A DNA stretch of 32,071 nt from assembly GCF_001194135.2 (NCBI RefSeq), contig NC_068996.1, positions 5,527,341-5,559,411 of the forward strand, read 5' to 3'. A program made the position numbers and the translations under genes. Shown piece after piece: positions 12,969 to 25,310 of the stretch (position 1 is the first letter of the stretch; every line of letters begins with the position of its first letter). The stretch is from Octopus bimaculoides (Eukaryota). The notes beneath the pieces are model-generated. The model was not told where the DNA came from, made no database searches, and worked only from the letters and a program-made list of their open reading frames with translations.

Positions 12969-13190
12969 CTCTTTCTTTCTGTCTTTCTTCTTTCTTTCTG
13001 TCTTTCTTCTTTCTTTCTGTCTTTCTTCTTTCTTTCTTTCAGTCTTTCTTCTTTCTTTCTCTCTTTCTTTCTTTCTGTCTTTCTTCTTTCTTTCTTTCTT
13101 TCTTTCTTCCTTCCTTTCTTCCTTTCTTCCTTTCTGTCTTCCTTTCTTCATTTCTGTATTCCTTTCTTCATTTCTCTCTTCCTTTCTTAT
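12800..13190. repeat. (TTTC)n-rich pyrimidine tract with a ~19-bp subunit TCTTTCTTCTTTCTTTCTG
   Basis: Read directly. Confidence 0.9.
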
Positions 13191-14041
13191 CCCGTCTTAC
13201 ATCAATCCTCTCGATCCCTATAAAACTCTACTTCTTACGCAGTATTCTCTATTATAAAAACATTAAGTAGTCAATGCAAGTCAAATGCCATGTGCACTAA
13301 TCTATTTATTTATCTGTCTATTTTTCATATTTGCATACACATAAAAAAGAAATATGCGTACTTCACATTCTTAGCGTGGTGTTATTCACCAAAATTATTC
13401 AACAACTATTGAAACAAATTAGCAAATATGTAGGGCTGCGACACAGTCTAAGAAATGGAAGAAAAACCTAAACTCTGATGCACAATATAAAGAAAATACC
13501 ATGATATTATTTCACAGAAAACCTTCAATCACGGAAGGTTGTTTCAAGGACTATTTTCCTCTTCAGGCGGTGTAAAAAGCCAGAGTCTTTCTCTGGTCAG
13601 CATGTCATGATTATTAGGTAATTTTACTGTATTCCACTTAGTTTAATAACTAAATTTTTTAGTTCCTTTTGGGCATTAGATACTGTACTGCATACATACT
13701 TATAGAACTAATATATTTGTGCCACTAGCTAATATCTTGTCTTAGCTTAAGGCATTCATTTTCCTCTCATTTATATTGCTATATATTTTGATCATCCATT
13801 CATTTCACTTAGAATAATCGTTAACTTCCTCGTTTCTCGCTCACTAATCCTTCTTAGTTATACAACTTTAGCTATGCAGGTTTTATTTGATCGCATAAAT
13901 TTCTTTTTCTAGCTCCTCGCTTGTATATGTCCTATGATAGGGTCATATGGTCCTTTTGTGTGAAAGTTCCTGTAACAGACATGCTTGCATCTATTTTCAA
14001 ATATTTCCGTTTTAATTTGAAACATAAATGAATGAAAGCTC

Positions 14042-14450
14042 GCTGTGTGGTAAGTAGCTTGCTTACCAACCACATGGTTCCGGGTTCAGTCTCACTGCGT
14101 GGCAACTTGGGCAGGTGTCTTCTACTATAGCTTCGGGCCGACCAAAGCCTTGTGAGTGGATTTGGTAGACGGAGACTGAAAGAAGCCCGTTGTATATATG
14201 TATATATATATATATATGTATGTGTGTATGTGTTTGCGTGTGTGTGTTTGTCCCCCACCATCGCTTGACAACCGATGCTGGTGTGTTTACGTCTCCGTAA
14301 CTTAGCGCTTCAGCAAAAGAGACCGATAGAATAAGTACTAGGCTTCCAAAGAATAAGTCTTGGGGTTGATTTGCTCGACTAAAGGCGGTGCTCCAGCATG
14401 GCCACAGTCAAAAGACTGAAACAAGAAAAAGAGTAAAAGAGTAAAAGAGT
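14042..14450 (+). mobile_element. SINE family A, near full length: tRNA-like head, CORE-like motif, internal (TA)n(TG)n, 3' module, (GTAAAAGA)n tail
   Basis: A-box-like GCTGTGTGG and B-box-like GGTTCAGTCTC; CTTGGGCAGGTGTCTT resembles the CORE motif; multiple homologous copies occur in the window. Confidence 0.9.
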
Positions 14451-14617
14451 CCTAATGCATCCTAGATGTTTTCACACGATACATTACAAATCCCACTACC
14501 TTTCCAACTTTTAATTCGTTTGACTAATTTCACAAAAAGAAACGTATGACCATGCATCATAAATCGTTTTAATAAATAATCTGTGTCTGTTTTGTACCTT
14601 ACTATATCAACGGTTGT

Positions 14618-14884
14618 GGAGGCGCAATGGCCCAGTGGTTAGGGCAGCTGACTCGGGGTCATAGCATTGCGGTTTCGATTCCCAGACCGGGCGTTGTGAG
14701 TGTTTATTGAGCGAAAACACCTAAAGCTCCACGTGTCACGCTGAATATCCCCGAGAACCACGTTAAGAGTACACATGTCTGTGGAGTGCTCAGCCACTTG
14801 CACGTTAATTTCACGAGCAGGCTGTTCCGTTGATTGGATCAACTGGAACCCTCGACGTCGTAAGCGACGGAGTGCCAACAACAA
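14618..14884 (+). mobile_element. SINE family B1 copy with a 117-bp internal deletion and (CAA)n tail
   Basis: Colinear with the reverse complement of 28031-28377 except that 28144-28260 is missing. Head TGGCCCAGTGGTTAGGG...GGTTTCGATTCCC is tRNA-like. Confidence 0.9.
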
Positions 14885-15344
14885 CATATCAACTGTTAGA
14901 TGTATTGTAGTATCTTTTCCATATATAAATCTAACACTAAAACTAAGAGTTCGATATAGCGTCGATATTGTGGAAAGACATCGTTATCGATATACGAGCA
15001 GTTATACGATTAATTCTTGTTTTTCTGTCAATTTTTTATGTTTAGATCTTTATAAAACGAAGACCTTGTTTCATCATCCAATGAAATACGCTAATGCAGT
15101 GGGATACGCAATTAAGCTTACAGATATACGTAATTAACGGTGGTCGGCTTCCAGAAAAACGTGTAAATTATATAAAGCATAAAACACCGGTAACGTTATC
15201 GATGTTCCTTTTGTGTGTGTGTGAGTGTGTGTGTGCGTGTGAGAGAGAGGGAGATGAGAAGTTTGTTTGTGTGTGGGTGCGTGTGTGTACGAGTGTGTGT
15301 GTGTGTGTGTGTGTGCATATAAATATAGAGACAGAAAATAGATA

Positions 15345-15347
15345 GAT

Positions 15348-15393
<46 letters not shown>

Positions 15394-15630
15394 AAAGGCA
15401 GACAGATAGATAGATAGATAGATAGATAGATACATTTCTTTTATTAGCCACACAGGGCATTACACAGAGGGCACAAATACAATGTAGAGCTTTTCTTTTT
15501 GGGAGGGGGGAAGGAGAGAAAGAGAGAGAGAAAAAGGAAGGGTGTCGATCAAAAGGGATCGGGGGAAAAAAAGCGATCAATAGGGATCATGTATCACAGT
15601 AATGTTCTCGTGTAAAAAAAGGGGAGGACA
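15345..15630 (-). mobile_element. Possible retroelement 3' end with AATAAA and a (TATC)n tail
   Basis: Minus strand reads CTCTACATTGTATTTGTGCCCTCTGTGTAATGCCCTGTGTGGCTAATAAAAGAAAT, running directly into (TATC)n at 15345-15432. Only one copy is present, so the family is not established here. Confidence 0.35.
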
Positions 15631-15739
15631 GTTTGTTTATTATATATATTCACATATATACATACACACACATGAAGTATGTATGTATGTATGTATGTAT
15701 GTATGTATGTATGTATCATCATCGTCATCATCATCGTTT

Positions 15740-15815
<76 letters not shown>

Positions 15816-16081
15816 CATGTCCGCCTGTGTGTTTTCTGTATGTTTATTGTCAATAACCTGAAAAATATGTACTAGGTAACAGGGTTCATTATAATTAGTC
15901 ATAGCGAGATATTTCTGAATGAAGAACTCAACAAATATTGATATAAATTACGAATAATTAGGTGATACAGCATTTCATCAGCAGTAAACACAAGGAGTCC
16001 AGTTCTAACATAATATAAAGGGGTGTATGATCTTACCACGTGACAAGTATATTTATTTATATTTCTAACTATACATACATG

Positions 16082-16134
<53 letters not shown>

Positions 16135-16144
16135 NNNNNNNNNN

Positions 16145-16179
<35 letters not shown>

Positions 16180-16249
16180 GAATAATTAAGATTCAGTTGA
16201 ATTAGGCACCAAGCCAGTCCGGTATTATCCACACAGCTCGAAGTAAAGT

Positions 16250-16310
16250 GAGTAAAAAGCAGCTCCAACGTGGCCGCAGTCAAATGACTGAAACAAGTAA
16301 AAGAGTAAGT
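16250..16310 (+). mobile_element. Isolated SINE family A-type 3' tail
   Basis: GCAGCTCCAACGTGGCCGCAGTCAAATGACTGAAACAAGTAAAAGAGT matches the family A terminus. Confidence 0.7.
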
Positions 16311-17472
16311 AACAAAGATGTTAAGGCATTAGTGCAGTACGGCCGTTTCAGGCGGCTTTATTTAATCGAACAATACAGGCATTACATCAATTTGAAATAC
16401 ACCGCCATCTTCGGATGTAAATGACCATATAGGTTTTTCAACATACAGGATACTGCATTATAATTTTTAGCAAATATTCCATCAGAACTATTATTGTGGC
16501 AGAATGAACTTAGGGAGAAAAATAACCTAATTATAATTTGGAGTGGCAGACGAGAATAACAATGGGAGTCATGAGATGGTTATATAGCAACCATTTTTAT
16601 CTATCTCCTTATCACTATCAAAATGTCTAATGTAGCTAGTATACTACGTCCACCAAGAATTAAAACCACTAAGAATTGACAGTTAAGTTCTGGCTGCTGG
16701 TGATAAATTAATTACTGTCAAATACTCTCCCAAATTCCTAATTCACTATGGCTATGAATTCCCTATGAATACAACAATACACAAACACATATGCATACAT
16801 ACATACAAACATACATACATACATACATACACACATATATACATACATACCCCTCTTCGTGAGGGTGACTCAGACTAACAGGCACACATTCTGAGTCCTC
16901 AAATAGGTGTGCCACTAAAATTCCGGTTGTAATGCAGTCGAAGGTATGATTTTGTGATTGCTTTATCCGAAGCGGCTAGAAGTGGCTTCCTCTTGAGTCG
17001 GTAGGTATAGATTAAAGTAGAAAAGAAAAGGCAAACAGTTTGGCGAGTCTTGGCAAAGACATTTAATTTAGCTATGTAATAAAAGGTTTAGATAATTCCT
17101 GACAACTGTTTCTAGGATATTCCAGCTATTGGAATATCGTGTCGAGCGAAGATTCCATATGCTGAGTATACCATCATCGGAAAGAGAAAAGTTAAACATA
17201 TGTAACCGTGGAAGAAAGTTCCTCATCAATAGTAATTGTTGTGGTTCATTATGTCCAGAAAGGAAGAAAATTCCAATTAAATGCAGTTAGATCGAGAATT
17301 CCTTAGGTAAACCCATGATAAGAGAGAATGATTGAATACATGACGCGAGTATTTGTTCAACTTTGGAACTGAAAGCATCCATTTTTCCTCGCATCTGCAA
17401 CTACCCGTAATCTGTGGAGTGGAAACTTGTGTAGATCATAATAACCATAAAAATATGCTGTATAAAATTGTA

Positions 17473-17702
17473 TTGGGTTGTTCGGAAAGTTCGTGCCGAT
17501 CTATAGTAGCTTACTTTTCGACTTATTTGCCATGAAACCACCTCAATTCTGGGAAGAGGGTATTTTCAGTTTAAAGGAAAAATGGAGACGCATTGTGCAA
17601 CAAAATGGTTCATATTTGGTTGATTAAAAATGTAATGACAAGTATTTATTGACCTTTTTTTTTTTCCTTTAAAAATCGGCACGAACTTTCCGGACAAGCC
17701 AA
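17473..17702 (+). mobile_element. Internally deleted mariner (Tc1/mariner) element, 230 bp
   Basis: 28-bp TIRs at 17473-17500 and 17675-17702 match at 26/28; TA duplication at 17471-17472 and 17703-17704. 17532-17627 translates MKPPQFWEEGIFSLKEKWRRIVQQNGSYLVD*, a typical mariner transposase C-terminus. Confidence 0.92.
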
Positions 17703-18881
17703 TAAAATAAAAGGAAATAAATTTTGAGGATGAATGAGTCTCTATGTTCTACACCATTATGATTATTGGTAATATACACTTAAGGCAATATAACCGTCTA
17801 ATGAAGCGAACACGGAATTACCCATCGAAGGAATTTACAGCGTCAGTGACAACTAATAGTAGTCATAAACGTTAAATACTAATTGATGCGATTAGCTGTA
17901 ACCTGGAACATAACTGAGAGCCACCACGGTATCTGCCTAAATGACATATCCATCCAAACTCACACTATATATGTATGTGTGGTGTGTGTGTGCATGCGTG
18001 TGTGTGTAGGGAGAAGACGTACATATACTTAAATTTTTTACATATATATATATTAGAAAATAAAAATAAAAAAATGTTTCGAGAATTTTATAATCGATAA
18101 AGAAAGTATATGTATTATTATCAAGATATGCTACCGGTTTAAAGCGTTTAGAAACACGATGTAGTCATGCTGAAACAAAAAGGAATATAAACTGGAATAA
18201 ATGGAATTAAATTAAATTAAATTAAATTAAATCAATCTTTCATGGAATCACTTCTGGAAAGTTACAAGATTTTCTTGCAAAAAATCACATGATGCTGAAA
18301 TTTCGTTTCCTTTTGATCGTTGGTGGGTTGTAGTAGTAACATTTTTTCCGCTTTTTACTTTATAATACACTAGCTTAAAAGCCGCACTCTGTGTGAACAT
18401 TTATGCTGGCTCCAACAGAGCGCTAATTGGGCCTGCAGCCCAAAACTTACATTGTATAACTATAATACGTCTATAATGTCTATATGCCCCGGTGGAGTTT
18501 AATTAGAGGTTAAAGACAGATGAGAATTAATTCTGTAATGCAATCATTCTATTGTTTCAATTTGTCCCAATCTGAATTCCAGCTGCTGGCCAATTTCGTC
18601 CCATAGCTATCTCGATGTAAAATTAACGAAGTGAATATATCGCACATGATTTCTGCCGTCATCTGACGAACGCCAACTAAGATGGCATGAATCAGCCTAA
18701 AATTACCTGCTAGAAATAGCAACCCAAATACTTTTAAATCAGATCCCAATGCTGAAGGCCCAAGAAACAAATGAAGGGCAGATTTTCAATCCTGGGATCA
18801 ACTTAATTCCAAAAATGTTTAATATGTCTATGTAGAGCAAATGCAGAATTTCGCTTTTATTTATACGTATGCATATATAAT

Positions 18882-19143
18882 GTTATTATTCACAAACTGG
18901 ACTATACAGTGAGAGGGGAATCAAATTTTTTGTGAAGGTCACATTGCCTGGGAATGGCCAGATTGGAGCAATCTCGAGTATAATCAGCCGAAATAGCAAA
19001 GATAATCTGGTACTCGACTGAGGAAAGAAAACTTCGAATGACCCGTCCTTGTTTTTTTTTTTGTATCGTCTATCTGGATGTTTTGTTGTCCCATTTTTGT
19101 ATCACCTAACTGTCCAGATGATGTTTTGCGTTCTTGTCACATT

Positions 19144-19234
<91 letters not shown>

Positions 19235-19431
19235 TGTATGTGCATACACACATACAAGCATACATACATGCATGCATACATACACACATCTCTGCGTGCA
19301 CGCATGCATACGACTTACACTTGCATACTGTTTGAATATGCTGTTAGGTGAAACTTGAAGTCCCAGGCAATGTGACCTTCACAAAAATTTGATTCCCCTC
19401 TCACTGTATAGTCCAGTTTGTGAATAATAAC
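18882..19431. mobile_element. 550-bp element bounded by 72/71-bp near-perfect inverted repeats; internal (TA)n(TG)n
   Basis: 18882-18953 equals the reverse complement of 19361-19431 except for one T in a homopolymer. The repeat is certain; the transposon interpretation is inferred. Confidence 0.7.
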
Positions 19432-19502
19432 TTTATCTAAGCGTTCACGCAAGCACACACACACACTACACACACACACATACACACACGCGAACATACA
19501 AG

Positions 19503-19564
<62 letters not shown>

Positions 19565-20321
19565 TACACACACACACACACACACAAATCAAGGGCCGAA
19601 CGTTTCGTTATCCTTTAATCACTTTGTAACTTGTGTTGATTAAGTTAATCAAATATATATACTCCAGAAGTCAGTTTTATTTACTGTGTTTGTTCTATGT
19701 TACCCATAAACATACATACATAATATATATATATATATATGAATATGTCTGTGTGTGTGTCTGTGTGTGTATACATGTACATGCGTATTATACACACGCA
19801 GAGCCAAACCAATTTACACACACATATTACATGCATATATTATCCCTACGTGATACTGCTGTGTGGCAATCACGTGCAGATCGATTTACGATTTTTTTTC
19901 TTCCCTCATATAGGTTCTATAGTATAAGTGACAATAATCGATTACGTGTCCGTATACACACACATACACACACATACCTACTCCTATATAGACTTCTTCA
20001 CACAATATCCACACACACACACACACACAAACCAGACAGTTGTATATATTTGTGTATGCAATGCATATGCTTCGTACAGCATCATGTTTGATTATGTTGC
20101 TATATTGGTGTATATGTGTATATAGTATGTATTTCATGCACTTAGTAATATATATTCATGTAATATGACACGTTCATTACTTCTATAGGTTAATATTTGA
20201 GTACTCACATACGCACATACACGCGCGCGCACACACACACATACATACACACATACATACATATATACATACATAGATATACATAGGCAGAGATACTGTT
20301 TATCTCATAGATTGACGTTTG

Positions 20322-20359
<38 letters not shown>

Positions 20360-20380
20360 ATAATAATAATAATAATAATG

Positions 20381-20592
20381 GGTTCAAATTTTGCCACAAG
20401 GGCAGTAATTTTTGGGGGAGGGGATGATCGATTACATCTTCCCCAGTGTTTAACTTGTACTTTTTTTTCCGAACCCGAAAGGATGGAAGGCAAAATCGAC
20501 CTCGGCGGAATTTGAACTCAGAACGTAAAGACAGACGAAATACCGCTAAACATTTTGTCCGGCGTTCTAACGATTCTGCCAGCTGGCCGCTT
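20381..20592 (-). mobile_element. SINE family C (Nin/Deu-like central domain), near full length, (ATT)n(AGT)n tail
   Basis: Minus strand reads GCGGCCAGCTGGCAGAATCGTTAG...GTTCTGAGTTCAAATTCCGCCGAGGTCGATTTTGCCTTCCATCCTTTCGGG. It has a B box, and GCCTTCCATCCTTTCG resembles the Deu/Nin domain. The microsatellite at 20325-20379 forms the tail. Confidence 0.85.
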
Positions 20593-20629
20593 TTCTACTA
20601 CTAAATAATAATGACAATAATTCTTTTAA

Positions 20630-20950
20630 TTATAGGCCCAGGGTTTGATTTTGGGGGCAGTTGTCGATTATGTCGACCCCGGTGCCCAGCTGGTTCTTAT
20701 TTTATCGACCTCAAGGGGTTAAAAGGCAGTCGACCGACCTAGGCGGAAAGAAATCCATTCTGTTATAGGCAGGAAACTTGAATTCTTTTTAGACGTGTGT
20801 TAGTGGATGGCTGTTGGGGGCAAGTCGAAAACATCAACCCCGAAGGGTATTCATTTTATCGACCCCCAAAAGGACGAAAGTCAAAGTTGATTTTGATGGA
20901 ATTTGAACAAAGAATGTTAAAGCCGGATGAAATGCCACGAAACATTTTCT
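20630..20950 (-). mobile_element. Two further partial, diverged family C SINEs (~20630-20750 and ~20810-20950)
   Basis: Both carry TTTTATCGACC(C/T)C.AA.GG...AAAG and CGAC/CAACCCC motifs in the same orientation as 20381-20592. Confidence 0.7.
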
Positions 20951-20986
20951 CATTTTCTCATTATTGTCATTATTATTATTATTGTT

Positions 20987-21051
<65 letters not shown>

Positions 21052-21074
21052 ATTAGTAGTAGTAGTAGTAGTAG

Positions 21075-22485
21075 CATTCCTTTGTAACACAATGTTGGTA
21101 AAAATGTACCGGAGTCTTCAGTCAAGTCACAAGTCACAAGGACCTCAGACAGATAATACTTTCCTTAAGATGTGCGCTGTGCCCAATAATGCTGCTTTTT
21201 GCAAGACATCCATCTTTCATGGGATTTCCAGTTGCCTTAAGAAGTCTTGAATTTCAATGGGATTGAGCCAAATGCTCTGATCACCACTTTTACATTACCC
21301 TCTCGCATTCCATACAGTCATACCATTTCCACTTTCAATTCGGAGTACTTGGTGATTTTTTCAGCCTCTTTACTCACAACATTCATGTCATTTGGTATGG
21401 CTACATCAATGATCTGACAGTATTTGTCTCTCTCTTATTCAATATGACAATATCCGGCCGACGGTGCTTGATTACACGTTCCATGTGAAAATCATAGTCC
21501 CAGAGTATCCTTACTTTTTCACCCTCCTGCATAACTTTACTTGGTACATGCTCATACCAGTTCTCTGTTACTTCATATTAGCATTTACGGCATAAGAACC
21601 AATGAAGACACAAACATTTTCTCGCGACGGCGATTGCATTCTTTTTGTGCAAGGCTCTCACATCCACTTACCAAGTGGGTCCCATTTTCCACACTCTTTC
21701 CACAGAGTCTGCATTTCTGGGTGTCAGAAGTTTTATAGATGTTATACTTCACTGAATTGGTAGCGAGAGCCTGGTCTTGTGCAGCAACGATGAGGCTTTT
21801 GGTGGTACGCTTCAAATCGCCTCGCTCAAGCCGTGCCCACGATGCTGTATTGTCCTTTCAAACTGTCCATGCATTCTCATTTCAAAAATGTCTTCTTTTC
21901 TCTTCTCCTCATCTCTTTGGTTAATCTCTTCCTTGCCCACCATTTCATCTGCATTTACACCCATATCTTTCGCGGCATATTGCAGCAGGTTTCCATCACT
22001 AATTATCAAATGTTCGACAAGCGTTCTCCTTTCACTCTTTATACAGTGGTCTACATTAATTAGTCCTCTGCCACCATTCTTTCTTTTCATTTACAGTCTG
22101 TTTACGTTTGCTTTAGGGCGTAGAGCCCCATGCAGCATAATCAACTTTCTCGTCCTTCTATCTAGTGTTGGTATTTCCTCCTTAATCCATTTGAGGATGG
22201 ACACACTATATCTGACTACCGCAACTGCCCAGATATTCATTGCGGTAATCAAATTTTTGGCATTCAGGTTGGATTTCAACATCATCTTCACCCTTTTTTG
22301 ATACGCATCGCTGACTTTTATTTCTCTGTGTAGAATGTCATCCAGCTCTAAAATCCCTATATATCTATACCCACTACCCATGGTCTCTCCTGATGGTAAC
22401 CTCAATCCTCTGCAGGCTGCTTTCTTCCCTCTCTTCATATTAAGTACTGAGTGTTTGGTAATCCTAAATTCCATACTGATGTCCC
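21075..22485 (-). mobile_element. 5'-truncated, frameshifted R4/Dong-like RLE non-LTR retrotransposon: post-RT region, zinc knuckle, endonuclease, 3' UTR
   Basis: DISMEF...YRYIGILE...NAKNLITAMNIWAVAVVRYS...LDRRTRKL..HGALRPKANVNRL / KRKNGGRGLINV...MHGQF / AAQDQALATN...CRLCGKSVENGTHLVSGC / ILWDYDF..RRPDIVIL / IIDVAIP..EAEKITKY / TAHILRKVLSV* (stop at 21145-21147). Tail runs into (CTA)n(CAA)n(AAT)n. Confidence 0.9.
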
Positions 22486-22535
22486 TACCACACAATCATA
22501 TAAACACACAGGTGTGCCTATATATATGTAGTGTA

Positions 22536-22567
<32 letters not shown>

Positions 22568-23248
22568 NNNNNNNNNNNNNNNNNNNNNNNNNNNNNNNNN
22601 NNNNNNNNNNNNNNNNNNNNNNNNNNNNNNNNNNNNNNNNNNNNNNNNNNNNNNNNNNNNNNNNNNNNNNNNNNNNNNNNNNNNNNNNNNNNNNNNNNNN
22701 NNNNNNNNNNNNNNNNNNNNNNNNNNNNNNNNNNNNNNNNNNNNNNNNNNNNNNNNNNNNNNNNNNNNNNNNNNNNNNNNNNNNNNNNNNNNNNNNNNNN
22801 NNNNNNNNNNNNNNNNNNNNNNNNNNNNNNNNNNNNNNNNNNNNNNNNNNNNNNNNNNNNNNNNNNNNNNNNNNNNNNNNNNNNNNNNNNNNNNNNNNNN
22901 NNNNNNNNNNNNNNNNNNNNNNNNNNNNNNNNNNNNNNNNNNNNNNNNNNNNNNNNNNNNNNNNNNNNNNNNNNNNNNNNNNNNNNNNNNNNNNNNNNNN
23001 NNNNNNNNNNNNNNNNNNNNNNNNNNNNNNNNNNNNNNNNNNNNNNNNNNNNNNNNNNNNNNNNNNNNNNNNNNNNNNNNNNNNNNNNNNNNNNNNNNNN
23101 NNNNNNNNNNNNNNNNNNNNNNNNNNNNNNNNNNNNNNNNNNNNNNNNNNNNNNNNNNNNNNNNNNNNNNNNNNNNNNNNNNNNNNNNNNNNNNNNNNNN
23201 NNNNNNNNNNNNNNNNNNNNNNNNNNNNNNNNNNNNNNNNNNNNNNNN

Positions 23249-23339
<91 letters not shown>

Positions 23340-23764
23340 ATGTATGTTTGTATGTGCGTGTATGTGCGCGCGCGTACGCACGCACATAGACAACTAGCTA
23401 AATATGCGCATTTGTATATGCATTGTCTGAATAAAGGAGTTGATACGGTAATATAGTAAAATATTGATAGTATTTTTATTGACAGTGATTTCGAAGTTCT
23501 TTCGAATGTATCAGCTAATTCAAACTGTCCACATATGAGCGCGTGCGTGTGTGTGTGTGTGTGCATTTGTGCAATTGTGTACGTACAATTGCACGCACGC
23601 GTACTCGTAAAGTTCGCTAACACAAACAGAAATTATTTTACAGTCAGGCAGAAGGCATGCAATGAACGGAACTGAACTAAATTCACCTAAGAAGCTTAGT
23701 CTCCGTTCAATTCATCTAAGCCCTTTCTGAATTGGCAGGGCACAGTCTTGTGTTGTACTACTGC

Positions 23765-23850
23765 TGCTATGTATGAATGAATGAATGAATGATTGAATGA
23801 ATGAATGAATGAATGATTGAATGAATGAGATTGTGAATGAGATTGTGAAT
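23765..23850. repeat. (TGAA)n tract preceded by ~120 bp of unique sequence, possibly a LINE/SINE 3' end
   Basis: The tract is read directly; the element origin is speculative. Confidence 0.6.
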
Positions 23851-24156
23851 GAACTTTCGTAGAATAGAGAGACAGTTTTAGTGGAGTAGTCAAGAGAGCG
23901 AGACAGTAACAGAGGATGAAGGGGTAAGCAGAAAGGGAGAAAGAGAGAGAGGGGGAGGGGAGTGAGAGAAAGAGAGAGAGAAAGGCGGAGTGTCTGTGTG
24001 TGTGAGAGAGAGATAGTGTGAGTGTGTATATGTGTGTGAAAGAGAGAAAGACAATGTCATAGACTGAGATATAAGGTAAAAATGTGGGGATAGTGTGAGG
24101 GAGGAAGAAAATGTCAGAGACAGAGGCAGAGAGAGAGAGATTGAGAGAGAGAATAC

Positions 24157-24189
<33 letters not shown>

Positions 24190-24664
24190 TGTGTGTGTGA
24201 GAATGAGAGAGGTGGAGAGTGGGTATGAGAAAGAGAGAAAGAGGGAGTGTGGGTAAGAGAGAGAGAGAGAGGGAATGTAGGTATAAGAGAGAGAGAGAGA
24301 GGGAGTGTGGGTATGAATGAAAGAGAGGGAAGGAGGGAGTGTAGGTAAGAGAGAGAGACAGACAGACAGTGAAAGAGACAAAGGCAGAGGGGGTAAGAGA
24401 TAGGCTGAGAGTGACAAACAAAGAAAGAAACAAACAAAGACAGAAACGAAGAAAGAGAGAGGGAGAGAATGTAAGAAAGTCAGAGATAGTGGAGAAAGTA
24501 GTGTGTGTGTGTGTGTATGTGCAGACGCGTCTGTGTGTGCGTGTGTGTGTGTGTGTGTGGTGGGTGGCGGGGAAGGTTGGTAAAAATATTTGAATGAAAC
24601 ATTGTTTTTCTGTGAGGTGTACCCTAGATTTTGCAGAGCAAGCTGCAAGGGATTGGTTAGATCT

Positions 24665-25040
24665 GTTACAGTGGTTGTTGCTGCTGGTGGTGATGGTGGT
24701 GGTGGTGGTGGTTTTGGTGGTGCTACTGCTGCTACTGCAGCTGCTACTTCTGCTGGAGTTCCCATTCTGTTACTACTGCAAATATCCCCCCCCCCGCTGC
24801 ACCTTCTGCATTTGTTGTGCCCGTTATTGCTGTTGTGTTGTGTTGTTTTTGTTTCTGATCTTGGTGGTGGTGGTGGTGGTGGTGGTGGTGCTGTTGCAGT
24901 TTCTGGTGGTGGCTGTGTAGGTATTTGCATATGCTGATGCATGTATATAGGAGGAGGAGGAGGAGCTGGAGGAGGAGGAGGAGCTGGAGGAGGAGGCTGT
25001 GAAGTAGTAGTAACAGTAGTTATTGTCATAGTGGCTTCAA

Positions 25041-25071
<31 letters not shown>

Positions 25072-25113
25072 GGTAGTAGTAGTAGTAATAGTAGTAGTAG
25101 TAGTAACAGCAGC

Positions 25114-25173
<60 letters not shown>

Positions 25174-25310
25174 TGTTATTGTTACTGTTGTTGCTATTGC
25201 AGTAGTGGCAGTAGTAGCAGCAGTAGTAATGATTGTAGTAGTGGTGGTGTTAGTAGTAGTAATAATGGTGGTGGTGGTGGTGTGGGGTGATAGTAGTAGT
25301 AGTAGAAGTA
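24665..25310. repeat. Mosaic of trinucleotide repeats (GGT, GCT, GGA, GCA, GTA)
   Basis: Read directly; triplet phase is held across most of the tract. Confidence 0.85.

Noticed and set aside
14042-14110. tRNA-like sequences (also at 6476, 14618, 26122, 28300-28377)
   Set aside because: They have Pol III boxes but no complete cloverleaf, and continue into shared SINE bodies; not tRNA genes.
16850-17350. Possible minus-strand LINE remnant ending in (TATG)n
   Set aside because: Manual translation gave only faint resemblance to CR1-group ORF2, with no diagnostic motif.
23660-23710. Small hairpin GAACGGA...CTAAGAAGCTTAG...TCCGTTC
   Set aside because: The stems are too short to distinguish from chance in 32 kb.
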